The notes under the pieces were generated by a model. The model had not been told where the DNA came from and made no database searches. It worked only from the letters and a program-made list of their open reading frames with translations. From NCBI RefSeq assembly GCF_030144855.1, contig NC_082721.1, positions 43,338,001 to 43,402,000 of the forward strand: 64,000 nucleotides of DNA, written 5' to 3'. Below, piece after piece: positions 48,581 to 62,876 of the stretch (within the stretch, counting starts at the first letter, position 1; every line of letters starts with the position of its first letter). The position numbers and the translations under genes are program-made. This DNA comes from Hypanus sabinus. Lineage: Eukaryota.

Positions 48581-49149
48581 CTTTCCTATATCATCTGAAC
48601 TGTCTCTGTCCATCTCCAGTGCCAGACTGTGTCCTCTGCAGTGGCCTGCCAACCCAAATCATTTTTTAAAGCCACTTATAGGAGGCCTTCACCAAAAACC
48701 TTCTCTGGGTACCATTGGATGGGCAATAATTATACACATAACCAAGAATGTGGAATATCTGAGGTTGAGCAGAGTACCTGGATCTGGAGGAATGCTCAGG
48801 TAGGAAATGCAGAATAGGAGGTAATGTCCCAGTGAATTTATACATGCATTTATCTTCTTTGAATACCCAGGAAAGTAAATAAGTCTGTTGAATAAGTCAG
48901 GCAATGTGTCATCAAATAGTCTGAAGGGGAATCTCAGTTCTATTGGAATGGAAACCCAGATGATGGCGATCATCCTGCAACTAAAGTGATTGCATGCAGT
49001 GGTGAGACTGGGATATCACCAGACAGACAGAAGAGCAGGTAAATGGGTCAGGAGACCCCTGAAGGTAACTTGCACTCTAACCATATGATATTCAGAGTAC
49101 CGATTGGGGATATTATTTCTCTAGGTACAGAGGCATGGCCAGACATATG

Positions 49150-51425
49150 AATTCATTGTGCAGTCAGAGGATCAGGAAGAGGAACAAGTCAGACCACAAC
49201 CTGGTGCATCTCAAACCCTGCTCAAACCCTCTGGTGAAGAGTAAACCTGCAACCTCAAGGTCAGTGAGGAAATGGTTGGGGGAGGCTTATGAAGCACTCC
49301 AGGATTGTTCTGAGGCAACAGACTGGCAGGCACTTTGAGAGCCACATGGAGAGAACATTGATGGGCTCACACAGTGCATCACTGGTTACATCAACTTCTG
49401 TGTGGACTGCAATGTCTGCAAGAACTGTTCTTTGTTATTCAAACAACAAGCCATGGATATCAAAGGACATTAAGGACGTCCTGAACGCTAAAAAGAGGGC
49501 ATTTAGAGGTGGAAATAGGGAGGAGCTGAGGACAATACAGAGGGACCTGAAAGCCAAGATCAGGGAGGCTAAAGACAGGTATAGGAGGAAGCTTGAGTGG
49601 AAACCACTGCAGAACAACATAAGGGAGGTCTGGAGTGGGATGAGGACCATCAGTGGGTTCCAGCAAACTAGCAACAGAGTGGACAGGGCCAACGAACTTA
49701 ACCTGTTCTTCAACAGATTTGACACTGTGGCCCCTGCCCATCCCCCACATGAATCATCTGTTGTCGGCCCCCAACCAACACATACTCCACTCTCCCCTCC
49801 TACCCCTCCACACAGCCACCCACCCTGCTCTCGTGACTACACCCCTCCCACACCTGAAACCACCATGGTGGGCTTCACAGTTGAACATGTGAGAAGACAG
49901 CTGAACTGTCTCCACCCAAGCAAGGTTGCAGGCCCAGATGGTGTCAGCCCCACGGTGCTCAAAGTCTGTGCCCCCCAGCTGCGTGGAGTGCTTCACCATG
50001 ACTTCAACCTGAGCTTGAGGCTCCAGAGGGTTCCTGTGCTGTGGAAGTCATCCTGCCTCGTCCCTGTACCGAAGGCGCCGCGCCTCAGTGGCTCCAATGA
50101 CTACAGACCGGTGGCATTGACCTCCCACATCATAAAGACCCTGGAGCGACTTGTTCTAGAGCAGCTCCGGCCTATGTTTAGGCCACACTTAGAACCCCTC
50201 CAGTTTGCCTGTCAGCCCAGACTGGGAGTTGAGGATGCCATCGTCTATGTCCACCTGGACAAGCCAGTGAGCACTGTGAGGGTCATGTCTTTTGACTTCT
50301 CCAGTGTGTTCAACACCATCCGCCCTGCTCTGCTGGGTGAGAAGCTGACAGTGATGCAGGTGGATGCTTCCCTGGTGTCATAGATTATTGATTACCTGAC
50401 TGGCAGACCACAGTATGTGCGCTTGCAACACTGTGTGTCAGACAGAGGGGTCAGCAGCACTGGGTTTCCACAGGGACTGTCCTGTCTCCCTTTCCCTTCA
50501 CCATCTACACCTCGGATTTCAACTACTGCACAGAGTCTTGCCAACTTCAGAAGTTTTCTGATGACTCTGCCATAGTTGGATGCGTCAGCAAGTGAGATGA
50601 GGCTGAGTACAGGGCTACAGTGGGAAACTTTGTCACATAGTGAAAGCAGAATCATCTGCAGCTTAATGTGAATAAGACTAAGGAGCTCGTAGTGGACCTG
50701 AGGAGGGCTAAGGCACCGTTGACCTCTGTTTCCATCCAAGGGGTCAGTGTCGACATGGTGGAGGATTACAACTACCTGGGGATATGAATTGACAATAAAC
50801 TGGACTGGTCAAGGAACACTGAGGCTGTCTACAAGAAGGGTCAGAGCCATCTCTATTTCCTGAGGAGATAGAGGTCCTTTAACATCTGCCGGACAATGCT
50901 GAGGATGTTCTATGAGTCTGTGGTGACCAGTGCTATCATGTTTGTTGTGTGCTGGGGCAGCAGGCTGAGGGTAGCAGACACCAACAAAATCAAGAAACTC
51001 ATTCGTAAGGCCAGTGATGTTGTTGGGGTGGAACTGGACTCTCTGACAGTGGTGACTGAAAAGAAGATGCTGTCCAAGTAGAATGCTATCTTGGACAATG
51101 ACTCCCATCCACTCCATAATGTACTGGTTAGGCACAGGATTACATTCAGCCAGAGACTCATTCCACCGAGATGTAACACGGAGCGTCATAGGAAGTCATT
51201 CCTGCCTGTGGCCATCAAACTTTACAACTCCTCCCTCGGAGTGTCAGACACCCTGAGCCAATAGGCTGGTGCTGGACTTATTTCCACTTGGAATGATTAA
51301 CTTATTATTATTACTTAATTATTTATGGTTTTATATTGCTATATTTCTATACTATTCTTGGTTGGTGCGACTGTAACGAAACCCAATTTCTCTCAGGATC
51401 AATAAAGTATGTCTGTCTGTCTATC
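49150..51425 (+). mobile_element. Rex1/Babar LINE, 5'-truncated
   Basis: NNKPWISKDIK, DYRPVALTSHIIKTLERL, FDFSSVFNTI and KFSDDSAIVG; tail CAATAAAGTATGTCTGTCTGTCTATCT. Confidence 0.9.
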
Positions 51426-52749
51426 TTCATTTGTAGAGCAGAATATCAAACTGCACGTGAAAGTAATAGGGCTCTTCCCATGAGCCAATCATGGTGTCAA
51501 AATAAACTAAACCAATCTGCTTCCACCAATATATCCCTGCTATATTCCTTTGGATGCTGCAGTTTCCTTCCACATGTCGAAGACGTGCAGTTTGATAGAT
51601 AACTAGCTGTTGTAAATTTCTCCATGTATGTGTTGGTGACTGGTACAATATAAGGGAAGTTGAATAGAATGTTATGGTAAGGGAATGGAATTGGATTAGT
51701 GAATGGTTAGCCTAAATATATGCTCTATGGCCAGCACTGACAGGTTGGGCTGAAGGGCCTGGTTCCATGTCGTATGAATGCCACATATTACATGGTGAAT
51801 GTAAAGCAGAATATTGCAAACAGCCAGAATTTAAGGAGGTAGTAGGAACATTCGTTAGCAGAAGAAGAATGGTGATTAATTCCCCTGCTTCGCATTGTGG
51901 GTGTAGTAAGGTGCAGATAAATGTTTGTCTAAATAGATAATGCAGAAGGTCATAGGCTGGAGAGTCTCCAGAATTCAGTGAGGATGTTGCATTTCTTCAA
52001 AGAAGCTTTGAACACATATTTGAATTTTATTTTCTATTCACGAGGCAAACTCTTCCCATGGCAGAGCTTGGAATACGGGACATATTTCAACAGTATGGCC
52101 TCAGGTATATGAACAACCTTCCCTGTCCAATATACAAAACTCCATGTAACCATAGACATAGAACTCCAAGGGTTGGCCTGGGAAGACTGACATTAGTTCA
52201 ACTGTCCCTGCAGAGAATTTTGAGGAGATTCTGTTGGTAGTGGTTTATAGTGCCTTAAGATGCCTTTTGTAATTTAGGTAGAGCTCAGATGTATCTGAAA
52301 AGATTGTGAACTGGCTTCCCTGGAGAAATGTGAGTTATATGACAGTTGAGTAGAAGGTTAATTCTGTTGTATAAAAGGGAAGACAATTCTGTGTGTATGT
52401 ATAAATGCTGGAATTACATGTACAAAGCAGACAGGCTACTGTGTTTGGGAAACTTCGTACCAAAAGTGCAAGTATGTTGGTTGAAGAGTCTCCTGTTAGT
52501 TTTGGGGATTATCTGCACTCATTCAGAAATGTTGTTGGAGGTGTGGTGCAACATAGGAGCAAGACAGTTTGAGAAAATTAAACAGGAAAGTCAGCAAGTT
52601 TGACACTGTTCTTCACAACGAATGACTTTGTTGTTAAATATTTTTAGGGCAACAGTAAGATAGAATTGAATTTGACTGTGAACCAAATTTGGGAAGTATG
52701 TTCTATAGACCCTTCTGATTGATGGAGTCAAAGGAGTATTTGGACAGTG

Positions 52750-52940
52750 AAGGTCATGTCCCCTGTTCTGTGAATGAATGAATTTCACACTGTGATTCAG
52801 GGAGTAGCTCTATAGTTTCTGATGAATGTGATTGAGGAGGAATCTGGCATTTACTCCCCCCTGTGTTGGTCAGTCTGGTGACTGCTTTGTAGTCACCAGA
52901 GTTGGATTTGTTTCTATGACAATCTATGCCTGTGAACATC
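52750..52940 (-). mobile_element. Small RTE RT fragment
   Basis: NSGDYKAVTRL...LLPESQC motif. Confidence 0.45.
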
Positions 52941-53599
52941 TTGAAATATTGATTAGTGAGATGTAATGGCAGTGAAGATTTGCTGGGCCATGGATGACTG
53001 AAACTATTTATTTGTCAAAACACACAGGGGGTTATTGTTCAGTTGGGTAAGTGGGTGAAACAATGACAAACCTTGTTCAATCCAGATAGCTATAATGTTT
53101 TTGTTTTTCGCGTTCTTCATTTTGTGCCATGTATGATGTGGGCAATCATGGCCTTTCCATGACCATGATTGTTCTTGGCAAATATTTCTCCAGAAGTGAT
53201 ATGCCATTGCCTTTTTCCAGACAGTGTTCCTCCAAGCTGGGTGACCCCAGCTGTGAGCAAAACTTTTTAGAGCTTGTCTGCCTGGAGTCAGTGGTAGCAT
53301 ATCCTGGAATTGTGATATGCAACAGCTGCTCATACTAGCATCCATCAGCTGCTCTTATGGCTTCTCATGACCATGATCGGGGGGCGGGGGGAGTGGTGTT
53401 AGGTAGCGGTTATACCTTGCTTAAGGATGACTTACAAGCTAACAGAGGGAACAAATGGCACATGTCTCCTTCGTTAGAGAGAGGTATTTCCCCCTTGCTA
53501 CCAAGGTATTATGTTTTGAGAAATAATACAAGGATAGGACATTCACAGAAAATGGACAACCTCTGTTGAGTGTTATGGAATAGAAAGACATAGGCAAAA

Positions 53600-56590
53600 A
53601 ATTACATAGTGCCCTGAATGTTGTCACAGCTATAATTGATTGAAAATAAGTCATTTGGCACATTGGTTAAATCTGTCAAGTTACCAAGTATAGGATTCAG
53701 GACACTATATTACCATTAAGAAGTCATGGGTGAGGCTGTACCAGGAGTATTATGTATAGTGCTCATTGCGCTGTTATTGGAACATCATTAAGTGGCACAG
53801 AGAGCAAAGACAATCTCTGAGAATGTTGGTAAAATCTGAGGGCTATAGGAGGAGGTTGGGTGGGTGAGGACCTTTTCCTTAAAGTGTAGAATGATGTGTG
53901 GACTTACAAAGTTATAAAAAATGAAGTTTGTGTATAGATAGGGGAAATCCAGAGGTCCTTTTCCAAGTGATGGGGAAGTAAACACTAGAGGGCCTAGGTT
54001 GAAAGTGAAAGTGAAAAGAATTAAAGGGGACCTGAGTGTGTATATGTAGAGTGCAGAGTGTATATGTAAAGAGCTGTCAGAGACAGGTATAATAACAACA
54101 AGATCTGGCGATGTGTATCTGCATCTAAAATGGATACAGCAATAAAATAGAGAGTAGCAGTAATAGGTTATTTAGCAGACTGGAGATAGGTGTGAGTGAA
54201 TACCTCAGTGATGATAATGAGTACCACCCTTTTGCCCATTTCTATTAATGAGTTGCACTTGGGTTCAGTGGACACGACCTTCAAATCTGTAGGTGGCACA
54301 AAACTGAGAGGCACAGTGAAGTCTGAGGGGACAGCAATAGAAATTAAGGAGGCAGTGGCAGGCTGATGAAGTGGTGGAACAGGTGGCAGAGAGAGACATG
54401 GACACAGTGAAACCAGGAATTGTAATAGGCCATTCTGCCCCTTGGACTTACTGTCTCATTTGACATGTTCATTGCTGTTCCGCTACTTCAGAACTTCTTC
54501 CCAACATCCCCAGATTCCTTTCTTGAATCAGCACTTAGAAATGCATCCACCTTCTTCTTGGATATTTTTAATGACTTGGGCTCCACCTCTTGTTTTAGCC
54601 TCTTCTGCGATTGATCAAATCTCACTCGGAATGGTTCTGTCCAGTCCTACTGAAATTTTAAAAATTACTGTGCGAATCTCTCAGTTCTCTTTACTTTAGT
54701 GAATATTGGTCTTTCCAACAAATTCTCCTTTCATAGAGAAATACTGAGTGTAACAAGGTCACAGAATGTACTCTAGTTGGAAATCTCATTGTCCATCACT
54801 GGATCTGACTTGGAGTCCCACCACTACAAACTGACTTTGTACGAAGTTATGTATCTGCCTCATTGTGTCTGGGTAGTGAGTGAAATTACTTGGGGGTTGG
54901 CATCCTAGCTTCCTGAACTGATACAAGACTTTTCTGTACTTGTCATTGGGGAAAAATACTCAAAATTGTTCTGTTCAGCAAATGCAGCACAAATCCAATC
55001 CTGCTAATTACTGTATTTTTAGTTGATTCTCACTCATCAACAAAGGTAAAACGTTTCATGGACACTGGTATTAAAAGTCACTTATACAGCAATAAATTAA
55101 CCACAGATTGATTTTCAGAGAAACATTTGGCTTTAGATATTCAGACAGGTCAGAAGGAGATAGAAGTGCCAATGAATAAATAAAGGGAATTCATATTAAA
55201 GAATGTATATATTAGCAAGGGAATTATATAGTAGTGTTTTTAACTGCCCCAGTATGGACTAGGTTTGCCTCAGTATGAGGGGCTTAGATGGATGAAAGTT
55301 GTAAAGCACATTCACGAGTCTTTTCTGCCATAACTTGGTAGTCCTACTTTGACTGGTCTGTACTCGACCTTACCTTGTGAGTGAGTCTCAAGAAGTGGTA
55401 GAAATGTCAGTAACCAGCATTTTGGTGATAGTGGGAATAGTTCTGTAATTTCAATGCTGATCTCTAAAGTGTTCACACTTATCCAGGAAAGCTGATTCCA
55501 GTAATAGGTAAAGCTGAGTAGGAGAAGCTGCTTTGGTTACAAATAACATCTAACAAGTGGGAGTGTTTGAAAAGTGGGAGAGTGAGTGCTCAGGGCTAAC
55601 ATGCTCCGATAAAGTTGAATAGAATTGATGGCTAGATTAAGAAATCATCAATATCAAGGTAACTGAAGGGCTTAATGAAACAATGAAAGAAGCACATAGC
55701 TGGTTTATATGATTGAAAATAGAACAGATCCTTGCAAGTGATGGCATAGATGAGATCTTAGAAGAGCAAAGATGAACCATTAAGCATACTTAGTGCACAG
55801 GTAAACAGGAATCCCAAGGTGCTTTTCAAATACATTAGGTGCCAATAAGTAATGAGGGAAAGCATCGCTTTCTTTTAGGACCAAGTGGAATCTCTGCTTG
55901 GAGCCAGGGGATGTGAGTGAGGTCTTAAATGGATATATCTCAACGCTATTCAGAAAGGGAGAAATCCATAGTAAATGTAGAGTTCAGGGAAGGGGACAGT
56001 GATATAAAGGAGCATATTTGTTTTGAGCTCTTTGGGGCCTGTGCAGTGATCCAGGGAGCATTGGGCTCTGAGCTTTCTAGAGCACCTGAGTTTGTTCTTT
56101 GTTGTCTCTATAAGAATCATTAATTGTTGGTGCTTTCTGTTTAATCTTGCTAAGATTATTCTGACTGGTGCATAGTCAACATGGATGTATTTGTAGGAAA
56201 GCGTTTCCAAATAATTGATTGAATTTTCAGGTATAACGAGAGATTGGATCAAATGAGTTTGTTTCCTGTGAACTTGGAGAGGTCAAGTATAAGAGTTGAT
56301 AGAGGGATACAAAATTATGAGGGGGAGGGAGTGTAGCTTTAAGGATATTTCTCCAGTTGATCAAGAGCCTTAAACTAGTCAGGCAGGAGATTTATAGGAA
56401 ACCTGAGGTGAACTTACCACTTAGAGACCGGAACATGATTTGCGTGGAAGAGGTAGAGGCAGGTAGTCTCGACAAACACTTGAAATGCAGAGAAGATTAC
56501 AGCCCAAAAGCAGATACAGAAAACTAAATTGTTTGGCATGGACACGATGAGCTAAATATCCGATTTCTGTTCTGTGTAAGTCTATGACTC
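53600..56590 (+). mobile_element. Patchwork of very old CR1 fragments
   Basis: Scattered CR1-like RT and 3' segments at about 53600-54420 and 55700-56590; no intact frame. Confidence 0.45.
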
Positions 56591-58544
56591 ACATTAGCCT
56601 TATTTCAAACATTGACCAAAGAGCTGAATTCTAGAGGTAAAATGAGATTGACTGCTCTCATTATCAAGGCAGAAATTGACCAATTGTAACATCAATGAGT
56701 TCCATTAACACCGAAGTTAATGGGTATCATGATGAAAGTACACCAATGGATAGAATCATAACTCACACTAAGAATAATGATGTTGTTGTTACATGTCAGT
56801 GTTCCCATTCCCAGGATGTCTCTGCAGGAGATTTTCATGGAGTATATTCAACACAACAACGTTTAAAAGCCTCACCAATGACCTTCCTTCCATTGTAGGA
56901 ACAGAAGCAGTAATGTGGATTGATGATTGCAATTCTGCAGCTCATCCACCAGTTCATAACTACACGTAGTATGTCCTGGATAACATAAGATAATTGGCTT
57001 ATAAGGGGCAAGTAATGTTCACATTACAGATGTGCCAGACTAGGTTCATGTCCAAGAAGAATATGTGTAGCTACCTACCCGTGGCATTCTGTGCCATTAC
57101 CATCACAATACTTTTCCACCATTTACTCTACAACATCGAAGACAAAAACAAAATGAAATACTCTCCACTTTGGGAGATGAGTACAGGTCCAAAATCATTT
57201 CAGAAGCTCAACACCATCTATGAAAAGGCAGGCCAATTTCCACCACCAAACATTGTAACTGCACCATAGATGGTCTGAAGCCAGAAAATGAAAGGGTGAG
57301 TGTTCGTCATGGGGTTAGCAACACATCCTGTAAAAAACCTAGAGCTACAGAAAAAACAACTGTAGCTTCAAAGGCCTCATCCCTGAGAGAGGAGGGAGTT
57401 TTCAAAGATGGGCAACACCTGGGTACAACTTTAAAGACTGGCCCAGGACAGTGGGCTGTGTCTGTAGCCTATGATCTAGGTGGGTACTAGGCATCAACAA
57501 TCAGTGCATCCACCACAGGTGTACAATGGATGTAATGTTGTTCATTGACAAAATGTCCTGCTACTACTTCCCGAGGTTACTCAAACAACACATCCCAAAT
57601 CTTGGAGCTCTACTATCAAGTACACAAGGCAGAACTAGCAGGAAATTCCACCTGCAAGTTTACATGCAAGTCACAAACTATCCAAACTTGGAAATATCTA
57701 GTTAATAGATAAAAATATGTATTATTGGACCCTAGAAAATGTCAACTAATGTGCTCTGTTAGGTAGTATACTTACTATTTAGCTTTTCAGAAAATGTAAC
57801 TAAAACATGCATGGATTGAGCTGAAAAATGTTGTGAAGATCTGTCTCTGTCTCTGTCTAAGTATCACAGCCAATATAACCATGCAGGGAAATCAATTTCA
57901 ATGATTAGGAAGGAGCCAGATACATATCTGAAACTGCAGGATTCTGGGTAGATGGCAGGGGAATGTAATGTCATTTATAATGTGCTGGTCTGAAGTGAAC
58001 AGGGCAAATGCCCTCACTATTTCCAGTAACCATTCTGCTTCACTATTATTTAGCTTCTTCTGATTACCTTTGAGTCAGAGACAATGAATTTAGCATTGGT
58101 ATCTCCCAAGTAAAACCTCCTTGCTTTGTGTAGTTAATAAGGTAGAGCATTGCCTGATATATCCCAGCTTCATCACTTGTTTCTGTAATGTCTGGTCACT
58201 AAGCTGAAATGACAGCATCCATGTCCCTTTGTAACTCTGGATCTAAATCTGGAGATGATATTGTCCAGAAGATTAATGGATAGTCAAAAGGAGTTGCTAA
58301 ATTTATGGTTACAGCTGTTTTATTAGATTTTTATCGTAGTAGAGGTCAGATAAGTCCAGCAAACAAAGCAGAAAAATGGCAAAGGGATGTGAACAAATGC
58401 TTCACGTTCATATTGGAAGAGCAGTCAGACTGGTCCCTCATAAGAAATCTCAGAGCAGTGAACATTTCACACTTCATTTTGGACTGTATTCAGTAGAAAC
58501 AGATACACTACCAATTGCTAAACATCCACAGATAAATAGATTCA

Positions 58545-59710
58545 GGATTCAAGATTCAAGATTGTCATTTCTAGGCACTATGAATGTGTAGAGGAATATG
58601 AAATAATTGTGACTTCAAATCTGAGGTGGCACAATGAAAAAAACAAGAAAATTGAGAAAAGAGTACTAAAAAAATCCAATAAATATGAATACACGAGATA
58701 GCTTATATATATATAGATTGATTGAATGTCCATAATCCATAAACTGACGCTCAGTACAGGATTGTCTGTACAGAGGGTGACCCTGATATGTGATGATAGA
58801 GTAATGGGGGTTTGGAGTTGAGGGTTCATGGGTGGAAGAGTTGATCATCCTTATTGCTTGGGGAAACTAACTGTTTCTCAGCCTGGCCATCCTGGCATGG
58901 ATGCTATGCTGCCACCTCCCAGATGGCAGTAGCACAGTCAATGATCAGGGTTGGTGGGATCCTTCATGATATTACTGGCTATTTACCAGCATCTTTCTGC
59001 ATATATGTCCTTGATGGCAGGAAGGCTGGTGCTGGTGATGCACTGGGCGCTGTCGACGTTTCAGGCAATGTTGACAGCACTTCTCCCTATAAATGCTGCC
59101 TGGCCTGCTGTGTTCCACCAGCATTTTGTGTGTGTTGTTTCAATAATAATATTTTTTGTTTTGTTGACGTTGAGGAAGGGGTCATTTGCCTGGTAGCAGG
59201 CCTCCATGTGTCAGCAGGGTGTACAGCAATGGGCTCAGCACACATGTTGAGGTTTATGGAGACTGACAAGCAGTTGTGCCTCCTGACAATCTGAGGTCTC
59301 TTTGTTGAGAAATATATCCAGTTGCACAGTGGTGCATTTAGACTGAAGGGTAGGAGTTTGTTATCCAATATCTGTGCGACAATGGTGTTGAATGCTAAAC
59401 TGAAGTCGAGAAAGATCATTCTGCTACACAGGTGCGTGTTTTCTAAGTGTACTGGAGCCATGTACATGACAGATGCTACCATCTGTTGTAGAGTAGTTCT
59501 GCTGGTAAGCATATTTGTCATTGTCCATCTAGCAGGAATGGAGCTTCTGGCATGTGCCATTACCAGTTAGCTAATGTGAAGCATGTGGGGACAATGAAGT
59601 GTTGAATATGCTTGTGAAGAGGTCAGTGAATTGATGTGTACCCTTCCTGAGTACTTAGCCTGGGATGTTGTCTGGCCCAGCTGCCTTATGGAGCCTGACT
59701 CTCTGCAGAG
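58545..59710 (-). mobile_element. Rex1/Babar LINE fragment
   Basis: RMIFLDFSLAFNTIV motif; GATTCAA repeat tail at about 58545-58560. Confidence 0.75.
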
Positions 59711-60429
59711 TCCTTTTGATCATACAAACATAAAAGCAAGTTAAGTAAAGCTAAAACTAGAAAAATACAATGAAAGCAACAATCTGGACACTAATCAACA
59801 GACCAGAATCACTATCAGAATCAGAATCAGGTTTATTATCACTGGCAGATCCAATACCCTTCCCCTGTGACTCTCTCCTTTGTAAAATAAGATCTTCTAA
59901 ATCTTGTAAAACAGGCCATTATTAATATTTATTTAAGATAAACAGTTCAAAACATTGAAGGTGACACAACAAGAGATGGCAATGTGGAAGCGTACAGGAA
60001 TGAGATAGATCACCTGCTTCAGGCATGTTGCAACAACCAACTTGCACTCAATGTTAGTCAAACCAAGTAAGTGATTATGAACTTCAGGAAGAGGAAGTTG
60101 ACAGAACAGACATCCCTCATCAAGGGATCAGCTTTGGAAAGTTTGAGCAGTATACCTCAAAAGGAGATGAGTCAAACAGGCAACATCCTTCATTAAGGAT
60201 CCATCACTCAGGAGATGCCCTCACTCCATTGTTACTGTCAAGGAGGAAGTACAAGAGCCTGAAAACACAAACTCAATATTTCAGCGATAGCTTCTTCCCC
60301 TCCGCCATCAGTTTCCCAAATGGACAATGAATCCATGAACACCACCACTCTTTTTGTTATTTTCCTTTAATAGTTATTTACTTTAATCTTTTATATATAT
60401 TGGCTTTGGGTCAGTTTTGGACGTGACTG

Positions 60430-61060
60430 ACATAATAAAGTCCTAACAATGAGAGGAAATGACAGGGCTGAGGGACAGCATAGAGCTGCTGCTCATGGCT
60501 GCACAAGAACAGATGATGAGCACAAGAGCATTAGAAGCAGGGGTCTATTACACCAGAACAGACCTAAGATGCAGACTGAGCAAGGAATTTGCTGAAACCA
60601 TCCAGCACATAGCAGCAGGATGCAGATACAGGTATAGTCAGCAAACACTAAATGGCACAATTTGCAGTAATTATGTACAGGGACATCTTTGCTTAGTATG
60701 CTTTGGATGCCCCCAAATCCAAATGGGATAAACCTGAGAGGTAGTGGAGAATGAGAGTGGTAAGATCCTGTGGGTCTTGTAAATACAAACAGATAAGCAG
60801 CTACTGGTCAACCAATCAGACAAAGTAATACTGGAGAAGGAACAGAAGAAAGCAATAGTAATAGCTGTGGCAATCACTGATGGCATAATCATGGGAAGAA
60901 AGAATATGACAAGCTGAAGGAATACGAGGGCTTAAAAGAGTAGATGGAAAGGATGTAGACTGGTAAAGCTAGATCATTCCAGGTGGTGATAGGAGCACTT
61001 GGAGGTGTCACACCTGGATTGAGACAGTGGCTCCAAAAAATTCCAGCAATAACATCTGAA
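60430..61060 (+). mobile_element. R4/Dong/Rex6-type LINE 3' fragment (restriction-like endonuclease clade)
   Basis: LMAAQEQMMSTRALEAGVYYTRTDLRCRL..ETIQHIAAGC (decayed CCHC knuckle), then KILW..IQTDKQLLVNQSDKVILEKEQKKAIVIAVAI. Confidence 0.75.
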
Positions 61061-62559
61061 ATTTTATACATACATACACACCATCCATAAGGGGTGAGAA
61101 AAATAAATACCCCTTATTGAAATTTATAGTTCATTATTACTATGAATTCTAATGTAGTGTTGATGTAAAACTATAAATTTCATGACATATGAAGCTAAAT
61201 ACGTGACTGATTATAAAACTTTTCCCTCATACAGAGATATAATTAAACACTTCAGGTATTGTTTAGACAATATTGTTGTTAGCTTCCAGTGTTTCAATCA
61301 TAAATTATCATTCCATATTTTTGATTGTGTTAATACATTAATATTATTTGTCTCTAATATTCCAACCAGATATCAATGAACTGTAGAATATTAAGTCCCT
61401 ACGTTCCAGTCATTGATAAAATTTAACCTAAACTTTAGGATCCTTGGAATAAAAAGAGGACAATGAAAGCTATGACTATAACAAATCAGTTTAATCAAAC
61501 TGGACAAAATTTTGAATGGAAGAGGTCTATAATGTAACACACTGAGAAAGAATTCCATGGGAAATTGGATGTTATTGAGCTGGTTTAATGTGGGAGAAAC
61601 AAACCATTTTAATAATCAATTTTATAAATAAAACATGCCTCGCCATTTGAAAAAGGAGCTTTGGTGCAGGTCATATCATCTGCTGTCTGAGTATGAAAAT
61701 AGCAAACATCTGTGACCCCAGCAGGATACAAGCTGCTATTTTACGGAGAGGGACAGCCCAGGACATTTACATTTGCACTTGCTGTCATATTATTGAAATA
61801 ATACAGTTTCTGTTTGACTTCATATTATTTTAAGAATTTGTCAAGCTCTTGACCTTGAAAGGGACATTATCTCTGGTGCACTCCTTGAGTTATGGCAGGG
61901 AGAAGAAGAATTGCTTCTGAAATTGTGCCATGTTGGTTGTCAAAGCAAATTCACCCAACAGATTTATTCACTGAAATTGTTGGGAAGGAAACATTAATAA
62001 GGCCTGATGGTTTAACTGTGTGACAGTGAACTCACCCTCATTACATTGCCAAAGGCTGGTTTCTTTTCAAATAAAATCAAAGGAATATAAAAATGAAGAG
62101 ATTCGTAAAATATGGCTTCTGTTCACTGCCATCTATTTTACGCATGATCACTTCCACCAGTACGATCATTGACAGGAGCATCTGCCACTAGTGGACAAGT
62201 GAGTTTGAGATTAAATATGTTTCTCTCTGCTGTTGATCACTCATTGTCTTTGGAAGGCTCAGATTGAAAGTTCTGTCTTTCAGGACTTGGCCAACCCAAT
62301 ATCTGGTGGAGCAAGCAAGCCACCCTTGTGATGGTCATTAAAGTCTAGACAAAATTCTGTGTCCGTGCTTCTCTCACTATTTGCCGATCATGGAAATCAT
62401 TAATTCATCAATGCAGGGAGGCCAGGGGATTTTAATCAGGAGGAGGTCTCCCTGTCAATGTTTCACCTCATGTGATGAGAATTCCCAGTGTCTGGATTCA
62501 ATGCTCAAGACACCATGGGATCCCTTTCCTTGCCAGCACACCAATGATGAAAAACAATA

Positions 62560-62876
62560 AATCATATTTGATAAGGTACCACATACAAGGCTTAATGAGA
62601 AAATAAGCAGGCGTGGTATCCAAGGGAGCATTGCTTTGTGGATCCAGAATTGGCTTGCCCACAAAGGCAAAGAGTGGTTGTAGATGGGTCACCAGTCTGC
62701 ATGGAGGTCGGTCACCAGTGGAGTGTCTCAGGAATCTGTTCTGGGACCTTTACTCTTCATGATTTTTATAAATGAGCAGGATGATGAAGTGGAGGGATGG
62801 GTTAGTAAGTTTGTTGATGACACAAAGGTTGGAGGTGTTGTGGATAGTGTGGTGGGCTGTCAGAAATTGCAACGGA
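62560..62876 (+). mobile_element. CR1 RT fragment cut by an L1 insertion
   Basis: VTSGVSQESVLGPLLFMIFIN...KFVDDTKVGG ends abruptly at the L1 start. Confidence 0.8.

Noticed and set aside
48673-48700. 12-RSS-like string CACTTAT-12 bp-CCAAAAACC upstream of the leader
   Set aside because: The heptamer matches only at CAC, no gene segment is adjacent, and it lies in decayed repeat-like DNA, so chance is likely.
62178-62198. CTCF-like motif CTGCCACTAGTGG
   Set aside because: It is one base short of the consensus core spacing.
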